64,000 nucleotides of DNA from Haplodiscus bocki (taxonomy: Eukaryota): contig OZ296659.1 in assembly GCA_965655095.1 (NCBI GenBank), positions 33,294,001 to 33,358,000 of the forward strand, read 5' to 3'. Within the stretch, counting starts at the first letter, position 1. Each line of letters opens with the position of its first letter. Below the pieces are notes generated by a model. It was not told the origin of the DNA. It saw only the letters and a list, made by a program, of their open reading frames with translations, and did no database searches. Both the position numbers and the translations under genes were made by a program. Below are positions 40,001 to 54,600 of the stretch, piece by piece.

Positions 40001-42097
40001 AACTTCCGAGAATGCCAGTTTTGCCGAAATTGTCAGAATTGCCGAAATTTCCCAAATTGTCGAGGTTGTCCTTTCTGCCAAGAATGCGAAAATTGCCGAG
40101 AAAGCCCTGGCTACCAAGATTTTCGAGTTTGCCAAAATTGTTGAGATTGCGAAAATGCCAAGGTTGTCACAACTTGCCATTTTGACCAATGTGCTGATTC
40201 TACCGAAGTTGTCGAGATTGCCGATTTTGCCAAATATACCAAGATTGCCGAAAGTGCCGAGAGTGTCAAATTTGCCCACAATGCCGAATATGAAAATAAT
40301 GCCAACTTTGGCAACATTGTCAATATTTCCCATTGTGCCGAAATTACTGACAGTGGCGGAGTTGGCGATATTGCAGAGATTAACCAGGTTGCCGGTTTTT
40401 CCGAAGTTGCCAAAAATGTAGGGATTGCCAAAAATCCCGAAATTTTCGGAACTGCTAAAGTTGGCATCTTTGCCGAAGTTTACCAGATTGCCGAAAATGC
40501 CGTGACTGCCCAACTGGCAAGATTGTCGATTTTGCCATTATTACCGAAATTGACGAGATTGTTGATAGTGCCGGTATCGCCGACATTGCCAGAATGGCCG
40601 ATAGTGCCGAGTTTACCAAGATGGCGCATATTAGCGAAACTGTCGAAAACGCCGAAACTGCCAAGATTTCCCACTTCACCGTTTTTGCCGAGATTTCCGA
40701 AACTTCCAAGATTGCCAGTATGTCCAAAATTGACGAGGTAGCCTAAGTTCCTGAGATTGCCGAGAAGGCCGAAATTTTCAGAACTGCCAAGGTTGGCATC
40801 TTTGCTGAAGTTTAGCAGATTGTCGAAAAAGCCGTGACTGCCGAACTTGTCGAGATTGTCGATTTTGCCAATATTACTGAATTTGACGAGATTTTCGAAA
40901 CTGCCGATATTGCCGATATTGCCAGAATGGCCGATAGTGCCGAGTTTACCAAGATTGCCCAAATTGGCGAAACTGCCGAAAATGCCGAAAGTGCCAATTT
41001 TTCCGACTTCACCCTATTTGCCGAGATTGGCGAAACTTCCGAGATTGCCAACATTTCCAAATTTGACGAGGTAGCCTAAGTTCGTGAGTTTGCCGAAAAT
41101 GCCGAGATTGCTAAAAAAGCTGATATTTCCGATGTAGCCATGATTGCCGTTATTACCGAAGTTTCTAAAACTGCCAAGATTGCTGAAATTGTCAGAATTG
41201 CCGAAATCTCCGAAATTGTCGAGGTTGCCGTGTTTGTCGAGAACGCCAAAAGGCCGAAAAAGCCCTGGTTACCGAGACTTTTGAGATTGCCGAACTCGTT
41301 GATAATGCGAGAATGCCAAGTTGTCGCAACTTGCCATAATTCCGAAAATGCTGATTTTTCCGAAGTTGCCGATTTTGCCGACATAGCCAAAACTGCCAAA
41401 ATTGTCAAGTTTGGCCAAAAGGCCGATTATTAGAATAATTCCGAATTTGGCTAGGTTGTCGAGATTGTCGATAGTGTCGATATGGCTGGCATTGCCAGAA
41501 TGGCCAAAAATGGAGAGTTTATCAAGATTGCCCATATGACGAACTTGCCGATACTGCCCAAACTGCCGAGATTGCTAAAAATGCCGATATTTCTAATGTT
41601 GCCCTGGTTGCTGGTTTTACCGAAGTTTCTAAAAGTGCCAAGATTGCCGAAAAGGCCAAATTTGGCGGAAATGCTGACATAGCTAGTGTAGCCGAAATTT
41701 CCGAGAATGCCGAACTTTCCAAACTTCCGAGAATGCCAGTTTTGCCGAAATTGTCAGAATTGCCGAAATTTCCCAAATTGTCGAGGTTGTCCTTTCTGCC
41801 AAGAATGCGAAAATTGCCGAGAAAGCCCTGGCTACCAAGATTTTCGAGTTTGCCAAAATTGTTGAGATTGCGAAAATGCCAAGGTTGTCACAACTTGCCA
41901 TTTTGACCAATGTGCTGATTCTACCGAAGTTGTCGAGATTGCCGATTTTGCCAAATATACCAAGATTGCCGAAAGTGCCGAGAGTGTCAAATTTGCCCAC
42001 AATGCCGAATATGAAAATAATGCCAACTTTGGCAACATTGTCAATATTTCCCATTGTGCCGAAATTACTGACAGTGGCGGAGTTGGCGATATTGCAG
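37020..42097 (+). repeat. Tandem triplication, period 1721 bp
   Basis: ORFs 37392/39113/40834, 37698/39419/41140 and 38759/40480 recur at offset 1721. The later copies are essentially identical and the first is slightly diverged. Confidence 0.95.
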
Positions 42098-45083
42098 ATA
42101 TTGCCAAAATCACCGAGATTTTCGGAACTGCGAAGGTTGGCAACTTTGCTGAAGTTTACCAGATTCTCAAACACGCCGTGACTGCCGATTTTGTCGAGAT
42201 TGTCGATTTTGCCGACCTTACCGATTTTGACGGGTTTGCCGAAACTGCCGATTTTGCCGACATTGCCAGAATGGCCGATAGTGCAGAGTTTACCAAGTTG
42301 CCCATAAAGGCTAAACTGCCGAAAACGCCGAAACTGCCAAGATTTCCGAATTTACCGTATTTGCTGAGACTGCCGAAACTTCCGAGAATGCCAATATGCC
42401 CAAAATTGACGAGGTAGCCTAAGTTCCTGAGATTGCAGAAAATGCCGAGATTTTCAGAACTGCCATTGTTGGCATCTTTGCCGAAGTTTACCAGATTGTC
42501 GAATATGCCGTGACTGCCGAACTTGTCGAGATTGTCGATTTTGACGATACTACCGAGTTTACGAGATTGTTGAAACCGCCGATATTGCCGACATTGCCAG
42601 AATGGCCGATAGTGCCGAGTTTACCAAAATTGCCCATTTTGGCGAAAGTGTCGAAAATGCCGTAACTGCCACTTTTTCCGACTTCACCTTATTTGCCGAG
42701 ATTGCCGAAACTTCCGAGAATGCCAACATGTACAAAATTGACGAGGTAGCCTAAGTTCGTGAGTTTGCCGAAAATGCCGAGATTGCTAAAAATGCCGATT
42801 TTTTCGATGTTGCCATGATTGCCGTTTTTACCGAAGTTTCTGAAAGTGCCAAGATTGCCGAAATTGTCAGAATTGCCGAATTCTCCGAAATTGTTCAGTT
42901 TGCCGTTTTGCCGAGATTGCACAAAATTCGAAAAATTCCCAGGTTACCAAAATTTTCGAAACTGCCGAACATGTTGAAATTGCGAAAATGCCAATTTTGT
43001 CGCAATTTGCCAATTTGCCCAATCGGCTGATTCTGCCAAAGTTGTCGAGATTGCTGATGAAGCCAAAATTTCGAATATTGCTGAAAGTGCCGAGAGTGTC
43101 AAGATTGGCTAAAAAGCCGGTTATAACAAAAATGCCGACTTTGGCGACTTTGTCAAGATTTCCGATAGTGCGGACATTATCGAGAATGCTAGAGTTGCCG
43201 ATTTTGCAGAGTTTAACCAGGTTGCCGGTTTTGTCGAAGTTGCCAAAATTGCAGAGGTTGCCAAAAATGCCGAGATTTTCGGAACTGCCAAGGTTGGTTT
43301 CTTTGCCGAAGTTTACCAAGTTGTCGAGAATGCCGTGACTGCCGAACTTGCCGAAATTGTCGATATTGACGACATTACCGAAATTGACGGGATTGCCGAA
43401 ACAGCCGATATTGCCGATATTGCCAGAATGGCCGATAGTGCTGAGTTTACCAAGATTGCCCAAATTGGCGAATCTGCCGAAAATGCCGAAAGTGCCAATT
43501 TTTCCGACTTCACCCTATTTGCCGAGATTTCCGAAACTTCCGAGATTGCCAACATGTCCAAAATTGACGAGGTAGCCTAAGTTCGTGAGTTTGCTGAAAA
43601 TGCCGTGATTGCTAAAAAAGCCGATATTTCCGATGTAGCCATGATTGCCGTTATTACCGAAGTTTCTAAAAGTGCCAAGATTGCTGAAATTGTCAGAATT
43701 GCCGAAATCTCCGAAATTGCCGAGGTTGCCGTTTTTGCCGAGAATGCCAAAAATGCCGTGAAAGCCCTGGCTACCGAGATTTTTGAGATTGCCGAACTCG
43801 TTGATAATGCGAAAATGCCAAGTTGTCGCAACTTGCCATAATTCCGTAATTGCTGATTTTTCCGAATTTGCCGAGGTTGCCGACATAGCCAAAACTGCCA
43901 AAATTGTCAAGTTTGGCCAAAAGGCCGCTTATTAGAAGAATAATTCCGAATTCGGCTAGGTTGTCGAGATTGTCGATAGTGCCGATATGGCTGACATTGC
44001 CAGAATGGCCAAAAATGGAGAGATTATCAAGTTTGCCCATATCGCGAACTTGCCGATATTGCCGAAACTGCCAAGATTGCTAAAAATGCCGATATTTCCG
44101 ATGTTGCCATGACTGTTGTTATTACCGAAGTTTCTAAAAGTGCCAGGATTGCCAAAAATGGCAAATTTGGCGGAAAGACTGACATAGCTAGTGTAGCCAA
44201 AACTTTCGAAAATGCCGAACTTTCGAAATTTCCGAGAAAACCAGTTTTGCCGAAATTGTCAGAATTGCCGAAATTTCCCAAATTGTCGAGGTTGTCCTTT
44301 TTGCCGAGAATGCCAAAAATGCCGAGAAAGCCCTGGCTACCGAGATTTTTGATATTGCCGAACTCGTTGATATTGCGAAAACACCAAGTTGTCGCAACTT
44401 GCCATAATTCCGAAATTGCTGATTTTTCCGAAGTTGCCGAGGTTCCCAATATTGCCAATTATACCAAAATTGCCGAAAGTGCCGAGAGTGTCAAATTTGC
44501 CCACAATGCCGAATATGAAAATAATGCCAACTTTGGCAGCATTGTCAAGATTTCCGATGGTGCCGAAATTACCGACAGTGGCGGAGTTGCCGATATTGCA
44601 GATATTGCCAAAAATACAGAGATTTTCAGAACTGCGAAGGGCGGCATCTTTGCCGAAGTTTACCAGATTGTCAAAAACGCCGTGACTGCCGAACTTGTCG
44701 AGATTGTCGATATTGCCGACATTAGCGAATTTGACGGGGTTGCCGAAACTGCCGATTTTGCCAACATTGCCAGAATCGCCGCTAGTGCAGAGTTTACCAA
44801 GATTGCCCATTTGGGCGAAACTGTCGAAAATGCCGAAACTGCCAAGATTTCCGACTTTACCGTATTTGCTGAGATTGCCGAAACTTCACAGATTGCCAAT
44901 ATGTCCAAAATTGACGAGGTAGCCTAAGTTCCTGAGATTGCAGAAAAAGCCGAGATTTTCAGAACTGCCAAGGTCGGCATTTTTGCCGAAGTTTACCAAA
45001 TTGCCGAAAACGCCGTGACTGCCGAAATTGTCGAGATTGTCGATATTGCCGACATTACCGAAATTGACGGGATTGCCGAAACT

Positions 45084-45137
45084 GCCGATATTGCCGACAT
45101 TGCCGATATTGCCGACATTGCCGATATTGCCGACATT
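45084..45137 (+). repeat. Perfect (GCCGATATTGCCGACATT)x3 expansion inside a 333-bp unit
   Basis: Three exact 18-mers where sister units have one. The unit length becomes 369 bp (45015 to 45384), i.e. 333+36. Confidence 0.95.
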
Positions 45138-47280
45138 GCCAGAATGGCCGATAGTGCCGAGTTTACCAAGAATGCCCAAAATGGCGAAACTGCAGAAAAA
45201 CCCGAAACTGCCAAGATTTCCGACTTTACCGTATTTGCTGAGATTGCCGAAACTTCCCAGATTGCCAATATGTCCAAAATTGACGAGGTAGCCTAAGTTC
45301 CTGAGATTGCAGAAAAAGCCGAGATTTTCAGAACTGCCAAGGTTGGCATTTTTGCCGAAGTTTACCAAAGTGCCGAAAACGCCGTGACTGCCGAAATTGT
45401 CGAGATTGTCGATATTGCCGACATTACCGAAATTGACGGGATTGCCGAAACTGCCGATATTGCCGATATTGCCAGAATGGCCGATAGTGCCGAGTTTACC
45501 AAGGTTGCCCATTTTGGCGAAACTGTCGAAAATGCCGAAACTGCCAATTTTTCCGACTTCACCTTATTTGCCGAGATTGCCGAAACTTCCGAGATTGCTA
45601 ACACGTACATAATTGACGAGGTAGCCTAAGTTCGTGAGTTTGCCGAAAATGCCGAGATTGCTAAAAATGACGATAGTTTCGATGTTGCCATGATTTCCGT
45701 TATTACCGAAGTTTCTGAAAGTGCCAAGATTGCCGAAATTGTCAGAATTGCCGAATTCTCCGAAATTGTTGAGGTTGCCGTTTTTGCCGAGATTGCACAA
45801 AATGCGAAAAATTCCCAGGTTACCAAAATTTTCGAACCTGCCGAACCTGTTGAAATTACGAAAATGCCAATTTTGTCGCAATTTCCCATTTTGCCCAATC
45901 GGCTGATTCTGCCAAAGTTGTCGAGATTGCTGATGAAGCCAAAATTTCGAATATTGCCGAAAGTGCCGAGAGTGTCAAGATTGGCTAAAAAGCCGAATTT
46001 AACAAAAATGTCGACTTTAGCGACTTTGTCAAGATTTCCGAGAGTGCGGACATTATCGAAAATGATCGTGTTGCCGATATTGCAGAGTTTAACCAGGTTG
46101 CCGGTTTTGTCGGAGTTGCCAAATATGAAAGAGGTTGCCAAAAATGCCGAGATTTTCAGAACTGCGAAGGTTGGCATCTTTGCCGAAGTTTACCAGATTG
46201 TCAAAAACGCCGTGACTGCCGAACTTGTCGAGATTGTCGATATTGCCGACATTACCGATTTTGACGGGATTGCCGAAACTGCCGATTTTGCCAACATTGC
46301 CAGAATGGCCGCTAGTGCAGAGTTTACCAAGTTGCCCATAATGGCTAAATTGCCGGAAACGCCGATACTGCCAAGATTTCCGACTTTACCGTATTTGCTG
46401 AGATTTCCGAAACTTCCCAGATTGCCAATATGTCCAAAATTGACGAGGTAGCCTAAGTTCCTGAGATTGCAAAATTGCCTAGATTTTCAGAACTGCCAAC
46501 GTTGGCATCTTTGCCGAAGTTTACCAGATTGTCGAATATGCCGTGACTACCGAACTTGTCGAGATTTTCGATTTTGACGTTATTACCGAGTTTGACGAGA
46601 TTGTCGAAACTGCCGATTTTGCCGACATTGCCAGAATGGCCGATAGTGCCGAGTTTACCAAGATTGCCCATTTTGGCGAAACTATCGAAAATGCCAATTT
46701 TTCCGACTTCACCTTATTTGCCGAGATTGCCGAAACTTCCGAGATTGCCAACATGTACAAAGCTGACGAGGTAGCCTAAGTTCGTGAGTTTGCCGAAAAT
46801 GCCGAGATTGCTAAAAATGCCGATATTTTCGATGTTGCCATGATTGCCGTTATTACCGAAGTTTCTGAAAGTGCCAAGGTTGCCGAAAATGTCAGAATTG
46901 CCGAATTCTCCGAAATTGTTGAGGTTGCCGTTTTTGCCGAGATTGCACAAAATGCGAAAAATTCCCAGGTTACCAAATTTTTCGAAACTGCCGAACCTGT
47001 TGAAATTGCGAAATTGCCAATTTTGTCGCAATTTGCCATTTTGCCCAATCGGCTGATTCTGCCAAAGTTGTCGAGATTGCTGAGAGTGCCCAGAGTGTCA
47101 AGCGTGGCCAAAAAGCCGAATTTAACAAAAATGTCGACTTTGGCGACTTTGTCAAGAATTCCGAGGGTGCGGATATTATCGAAAAGGCTAGAGTTGTCGA
47201 TATTGCAGAGTTTAACCAGATTGCCGGTTTTGTCGAAGTTGCCAAAATTGCAGAGGTTTCAAAAATGCCGAGATTTTCGG

Positions 47281-50200
47281 AACTGCCAAGTTTGGCATTT
47301 TTGCTGAAGTTTACCAGATTGTCGAAAAAGCTGTGACTGCCGAACTTGCCGAAATTGTCGATAATGCCGACATTACCGAAATTAACGGGATTGCCGAAAC
47401 TGCCGATAATGCTGATTTTGCTAGAATGGCCGATAGTGCCGAGTTTGCCGAGATTGCCCATATTGGCGAAACTGCCGAAACTGCGAAGATTTTCGACTTT
47501 ACCGTATTTGTCGAGACTGTCGAAACTTCCGAGGTTGCCAATATGTCCAAAATTGACGAGGAAGCCTAAGTTCCTGAGTTTGTCGAAACTGCCGAGATTT
47601 TCAGAACTGCCAAGGTTGGCATTTTTGCCGGAGTTTACCAAATTGCCGAAAACGCCGTGACTGTCGAACTTGTCGAGGTTGTCGATATTGCCGACATAAC
47701 CGAAATTTTTGGGATTGCCGAAACTGCCGATATTGCCGATATTGCCAGAATGGCCGATAGTGCCGAGTTTACCAAGATTGCCCAAAATGGCGAAACTGCA
47801 GAAAAACCCGAAAATGCCAATTTTTCCGACTTTACCTTATTTGCCGAGATTGCCGACACTTCCCAGATTGCCAACATGACAAAAATTGACGAGGTAGCCT
47901 AAGTCTGTGAGTTTGCCGAACATGCCGAGGTTGCTAAAAATGTCGATATTTCAGATGATGTCATGATTGCCGATTTTACCGAAGTTTCCAAAAGTGCCAA
48001 GATTGCCGAAATTGTTAGAATTGCCGAAATCTCCGAAAGTGTCGAGGTTGCCGTTTTTGCCGAGATTGCCCATAATGCGAGGAATTTCCAGGTTCACGAG
48101 ATTTTCGAAACTGCCGAACCTGATGAGATTGGGAAATGCCAATTTTGTTGCAATTTGCCTTTTTGCCCAATCTGCTGATTCTGCCAAAGTTGTCGAGATT
48201 GCTGAAAAAACCAAAATTTCCAAACTTGCCGGAAGTGCCGATAGTGTCAAGATTAGCTAAAAAGTCGAATATAACAAAAATGCCGACTTTGGCGACTTTG
48301 TCAAGATTTCCGATAGTGCCGACATTATCGAGAATGCCAGAGTTGCCGATATTGCAGAGATTAACCAGGTTGCCGGTTTTGCCGAAGTTGTCAAAATTGC
48401 AGAGATTACCGAAAATGGCGTGACTGCCGAACTTGCCGAGATTATCGATTTTGCCGATATTACCCAATTTGACGAGATTGCCGAAACTGCCGATATTACC
48501 GACATTGCTAGAATGGCCGATAGTTCCGAGTTTACCAAGTTTGCCCATACTGGCGAAACTGTCGAAAAGGCCGAAACTGCCAGTTTTTCCGACTTTACCG
48601 TATTTGCCGAGATTGCCGAAACTTCCGAGATTGCCAGGATGTCCAAAATTGACGAGGTAGTCTAAGTTCCTGAGTTTGCTGAAAATGCCGAGTTTGCTAA
48701 AAATGTCAACATTTCCGATGTTGCCATGATTGCCGTTATTACCGAAGTTTCTGAAAGTGCCAAGATTGCCAAAAGTTTCAGAATTGCCGAAATCTCCGAA
48801 AATGTCGAGGTTGCCAATTTTGCCGAATTTGCCCAAAATGCGAAGAAATCCCAGGTTACCGAGATTTTCGAAACTGCCGAACTTGTTGAGATTGAGAAAG
48901 TGGCAATTTTGTCGAAATTTGCCATTTTGCCCAACCTGCTCATTCTGCCGAAGTTGTCGAGAAAGCTGATAAAGTCAAGATTTCCGACCTTGCCGAAAGT
49001 GCCGAGGGTGTCAAGTTTGCCCACAATGCAAAATACAACAAAAATGCCGACTTTGGAAATGATGTCAGGATTTCCGATAGTGCCGAAATTACCGAGAACG
49101 CCAGAGTTGCCAAAAAAGTAGAGATTAACCAGGTTGCCGGTTTTGCTGAAGTTTACCAGATTGTCGAAAAAGCTGTGACTGCCGAACTTGCCGAAAATGT
49201 CGATATTGCCGACATTACCGAAATTAACGGGATTGCCGAAACTGCCGATATTGCTGATTTTGCCAGAATGGCCGATAGTGCCGAGTTTGCCGAGATTGCC
49301 CATATTGGCGAAAATGCCGAAACTGCGAAGATTTCCGACTTGACCGTATTTGTCGAGATTGCCGAAACTTTCGAGGTTGCCAATATGTCCAAAATTGACG
49401 AGGCAGCCTAAGTTCCTGAGTTTGCCGAAACTGCCGAGATTTTCAGAACTGCCAAGTTTGGCATTTTTGCTGAAGTTTACCAGATTGTCGAAAAAGCTGT
49501 GACTGCCGAACTTGCCGAAATTGTCGATAATGCCGACATTACCGAAATTAACGGGATTGCCGAAACTGCCGATAATGCTGATTTTGCTAGAATGGCCGAT
49601 AGTGCCGAGTTTGCCGAGATTGCCCATATTGGCGAAACTGCCGAAACTGCGAAGATTTTCGACTTTACCGTATTTGTCGAGACTGTCGAAACTTCCGAGG
49701 TTGCCAATATGTCCAAAATTGACGAGGAAGCCTAAGTTCCTGAGTTTGTCGAAACTGCCGAGATTTTCAGAACTGCCAAGGTTGGCATTTTTGCCGGAGT
49801 TTACCAAATTGCCGAAAACGCCGTGACTGTCGAACTTGTCGAGGTTGTCGATATTGCCGACATAACCGAAATTTTTGGGATTGCCGAAACTGCCGATATT
49901 GCCGATATTGCCAGAATGGCCGATAGTGCCGAGTTTACCAAGATTGCCCAAAATGGCGAAACTGCAGAAAAACCCGAAAATGCCAATTTTTCCGACTTTA
50001 CCTTATTTGCCGAGATTGCCGACACTTCCCAGATTGCCAACATGACAAAAATTGACGAGGTAGCCTAAGTCTGTGAGTTTGCCGAACATGCCGAGGTTGC
50101 TAAAAATGTCGATATTTCAGATGATGTCATGATTGCCGATTTTACCGAAGTTTCCAAAAGTGCCAAGATTGCCGAAATTGTTAGAATTGCCGAAATCTCC

Positions 50201-51622
50201 GAAAGTGTCGAGGTTGCCGTTTTTGCCGAGATTGCCCATAATGCGAGGAATTTCCAGGTTCACGAGATTTTCGAAACTGCCGAACCTGATGAGATTGGGA
50301 AATGCCAATTTTGTTGCAATTTGCCTTTTTGCCCAATCTGCTGATTCTGCCAAAGTTGTCGAGATTGCTGAAAAAACCAAAATTTCCAAACTTGCCGGAA
50401 GTGCCGATAGTGTCAAGATTAGCTAAAAAGTCGAATATAACAAAAATGCCGACTTTGGCGACTTTGTCAAGATTTCCGATAGTGCCGACATTATCGAGAA
50501 TGCCAGAGTTGCCGATATTGCAGAGATTAACCAGGTTGCCGGTTTTGCCGAAGTTGTCAAAATTGCAGAGATTACCGAAAATGGCGTGACTGCCGAACTT
50601 GCCGAGATTATCGATTTTGCCGATATTACCCAATTTGACGAGATTGCCGAAACTGCCGATATTACCGACATTGCTAGAATGGCCGATAGTTCCGAGTTTA
50701 CCAAGTTTGCCCATACTGGCGAAACTGTCGAAAAGGCCGAAACTGCCAGTTTTTCCGACTTTACCGTATTTGCCGAGATTGCCGAAACTTCCGAGATTGC
50801 CAGGATGTCCAAAATTGACGAGGTAGTCTAAGTTCCTGAGTTTGCTGAAAATGCCGAGTTTGCTAAAAATGTCAACATTTCCGATGTTGCCATGATTGCC
50901 GTTATTACCGAAGTTTCTGAAAGTGCCAAGATTGCCAAAAGTTTCAGAATTGCCGAAATCTCCGAAAATGTCGAGGTTGCCAATTTTGCCGAATTTGCCC
51001 AAAATGCGAAGAAATCCCAGGTTACCGAGATTTTCGAAACTGCCGAACTTGTTGAGATTGAGAAAGTGGCAATTTTGTCGAAATTTGCCATTTTGCCCAA
51101 CCTGCTCATTCTGCCGAAGTTGTCGAGAAAGCTGATAAAGTCAAGATTTCCGACCTTGCCGAAAGTGCCGAGGGTGTCAAGTTTGCCCACAATGCAAAAT
51201 ACAACAAAAATGCCGACTTTGGAAATGATGTCAGGATTTCCGATAGTGCCGAAATTACCGAGAACGCCAGAGTTGCCAAAAAAGTAGAGATTAACCAGGT
51301 TGCCGGTTTTGCTGAAGTTTACCAGATTGTCGAAAAAGCTGTGACTGCCGAACTTGCCGAAAATGTCGATATTGCCGACATTACCGAAATTAACGGGATT
51401 GCCGAAACTGCCGATATTGCTGATTTTGCCAGAATGGCCGATAGTGCCGAGTTTGCCGAGATTGCCCATATTGGCGAAAATGCCGAAACTGCGAAGATTT
51501 CCGACTTGACCGTATTTGTCGAGATTGCCGAAACTTTCGAGGTTGCCAATATGTCCAAAATTGACGAGGCAGCCTAAGTTCCTGAGTTTGCCGAAACTGC
51601 CGAGATTTTCAGAACTGCCAAG
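47281..51622 (+). repeat. Near-perfect tandem duplication, period 2166 bp, 2 copies
   Basis: Identical ORFs 47333/49499, 47657/49823, 48015/50181, 48726/50892 and 49175/51341. Confidence 0.95.
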
Positions 51623-51631
51623 GTTGGAATT

Positions 51632-54600
51632 TTTGCCGGAGTTTACCAAATTGCCGAAAACGCCGTGACTGCCGAACTTGTCGAGATTGTCGATATTGCC
51701 GACATTACCGAAATTGACGGGATTGCCGAAACTGCCGATATTGCCGACATTGCCAGAATGGCCGATAGTGCCGAGTTTACCAAGACTGCCCAAAATGGCG
51801 AAACTGCAGAAAAACCCGAAAATGCCAATTTTTCCGACTTTATCTTATTTGCCGAGATTGCCGAAACTTCCCAGATTGCCAACATGACCAAAATTGACGA
51901 GGTAGCCTAAGTCCGTGAGTTTGCCGAACATGCCGAGGTTGCTAAAAATGTCGATATTTCAGATGTTGTCATGATTGCCGATTTTACCGAAGTTTCCAAA
52001 AGTGCCAAGATTGCCGAAATTGTTAGAATTGCCGAAATCTCCGAAAGTGTCGAGGTTGCCGTTTTTGCCGAGATTGCCCATAATGCGAGGAATTTCCAGG
52101 TTCACGAGATTTTCGAAACTGCCGAACCTGATGAGATTGGGAAATGCCAATTTTGTTGCAATTTGCCTTTTTGCCCAATCTGCTGATTCTGCCAAACTTG
52201 CCGGAAGTGCCGATAGTGTCAAGATTGGCTAAAAAGCCGGTTATAACAAAAATGCCGACCTTGGCGACTTTGTCAATGTTTCCGATAGTGCCGACATTAT
52301 CGAGAATGCCAGAGTTGCCGATATTGCAGAGATTAACCAGTTTGCCGGTTTTGCCGAAGTTGTCAAAATTGCAGAGATTGCCGAAAATGGCGTGACTGCC
52401 GAACTTGCCGAGATTGTCGATTTTGCCGATATTACCCAATTTGACGAGATTGCCGAAACTGCCGATATTGCCGACATTGCTAGAATGGCCGATAGTTCCG
52501 AGTTTACCAAGTTTGCCCATACTGGCGAAACCGTCGAAAAGGCCGAAACTGCCAGTTTTTCCGACTTTACCGTATTTGCCGAGATTGCCGAAACTTCCGA
52601 GATTGCCAGGATGTCCAAAATTGACGAGGTAGTCTAAGTTCCTGAGTTTGCTGAAAAGGCCGAGGTTGCTAAAAATGTCGACATTTCCGATGTTGCCATG
52701 ATTGCCGTTATTACCGAAGTTTCTGAAAGTGCCAAGATTGCCAAAAGTTTCAGAATTGCCGAAATCTCCGAAAATGTCGAGGTTGCCAATTTTGCCGAAT
52801 TTGCCCAAAATGCGAAGAAATCCCAGGTTACCGAGATTTTCGAAACTGCCGAACTTGTTGAGATTGAGAAAGTGGCAATTTTGTCGAAATTTGCCATTTT
52901 GCCCAACCTGCTCATTCTGCCGAAGTTGTCGAGAATGCTGATAAAGCCAAGATTTCCGACCTTGCCGAAAGTGCCGAGGGTGTCAAGTTTGCCCACAATG
53001 CAAAATACAACAAAATGCCGACTTTGGAAATGATGTCAGGATTTCCGATAGTGCCGAAATTACCGAGAACGCCAGAGTTGCCGAAAAAGCAGAGATTAAA
53101 CAGGTTGCCGGTTTTGCTGAAGTTGCTAAAATTGCAGAGATTGCCAAAACGGCCGAGATTGTTGCAAATGCCAAGGTTGGCATCTTTGCCGGAGTTTACC
53201 AAATTGCCGAAAACGCCGTGACTGCCGAACTTGTCGAGATTGTCGATATTGCCGACATTACCGAAATTGACGGGATTGCCGAAACTGCCGATATTGCCGA
53301 CATTGCCAGAATGGCCGATAGTGCCGAGTTTACCAAGACTGCCCAAAATGGCGAAACTGCAGAAAAACCCGAAAATGCCAATTTTTCCGACTTTATCTTA
53401 TTTGCCGAGATTGCCGAAACTTCCCAGATTGCCAACATGACCAAAATTGACGAGGTAGCCTAAGTCCGTGAGTTTGCCGAACATGCCGAGGTTGCTAAAA
53501 ATGTCGATATTTCAGATGTTGTCATGATTGCCGATTTTACCGAAGTTTCCAAAAGTGCCAAGATTGCCGAAATTGTTAGAATTGCCGAAATCTCCGAAAG
53601 TGTCGAGGTTGCCGTTTTTGCCGAGATTGCCCATAATGCGAGGAATTTCCAGGTTCACGAGATTTTCGAAACTGCCGAACCTGATGAGATTGGGAAATGC
53701 CAATTTTGTTGCAATTTGCCTTTTTGCCCAATCTGCTGATTCTGCCAAACTTGCCGGAAGTGCCGATAGTGTCAAGATTGGCTAAAAAGCCGGTTATAAC
53801 AAAAATGCCGACCTTGGCGACTTTGTCAATGTTTCCGATAGTGCCGACATTATCGAGAATGCCAGAGTTGCCGATATTGCAGAGATTAACCAGTTTGCCG
53901 GTTTTGCCGAAGTTGTCAAAATTGCAGAGATTGCCGAAAATGGCGTGACTGCCGAACTTGCCGAGATTGTCGATTTTGCCGATATTACCCAATTTGACGA
54001 GATTGCCGAAACTGCCGATATTGCCGACATTGCTAGAATGGCCGATAGTTCCGAGTTTACCAAGTTTGCCCATACTGGCGAAACCGTCGAAAAGGCCGAA
54101 ACTGCCAGTTTTTCCGACTTTACCGTATTTTCCGAGATTGCCGAAACTTCCGAGATTGCCAGGATGTCCAAAATTGACGAGGTAGTCTAAGTTCCTGAGT
54201 TTGCTGAAAAGGCCGAGGTTGCTAAAAATGTCGACATTTCCGATGTTGCCATGATTGCCGTTATTACCGAAGTTTCTGAAAGTGCCAAGATTGCCAAAAG
54301 TTTCAGAATTGCCGAAATCTCCGAAAATGTCGAGGTTGCCAATTTTGCCGAATTTGCCCAAAATGCGAAGAAATCCCAGGTTACCGAGATTTTCGAAACT
54401 GCCGAACTTGTTGAGATTGAGAAAGTGGCAATTTTGTCGAAATTTGCCATTTTGCCCAACCTGCTCATTCTGCCGAAGTTGTCGAGAATGCTGATAAAGC
54501 CAAGATTTCCGACCTTGCCGAAAGTGCCGAGGGTGTCAAGTTTGCCCACAATGCAAAATACAACAAAATGCCGACTTTGGAAATGATGTCAGGATTTCCG

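Noticed and set aside
48662-49951. Longest ORF (429 aa, minus strand) and the 360-aa ORFs at 56791-60354 with Gly every third residue, superficially collagen-, antifreeze- or beta-helix-like
   Set aside because: The G-N-L pattern is simply the reverse translation of the 9-mer. The ORFs drift between the GNL and SAI registers at the phase-shift block, which a real repeat protein would not tolerate. Ribosome profiling or proteomics would be needed to revive this.
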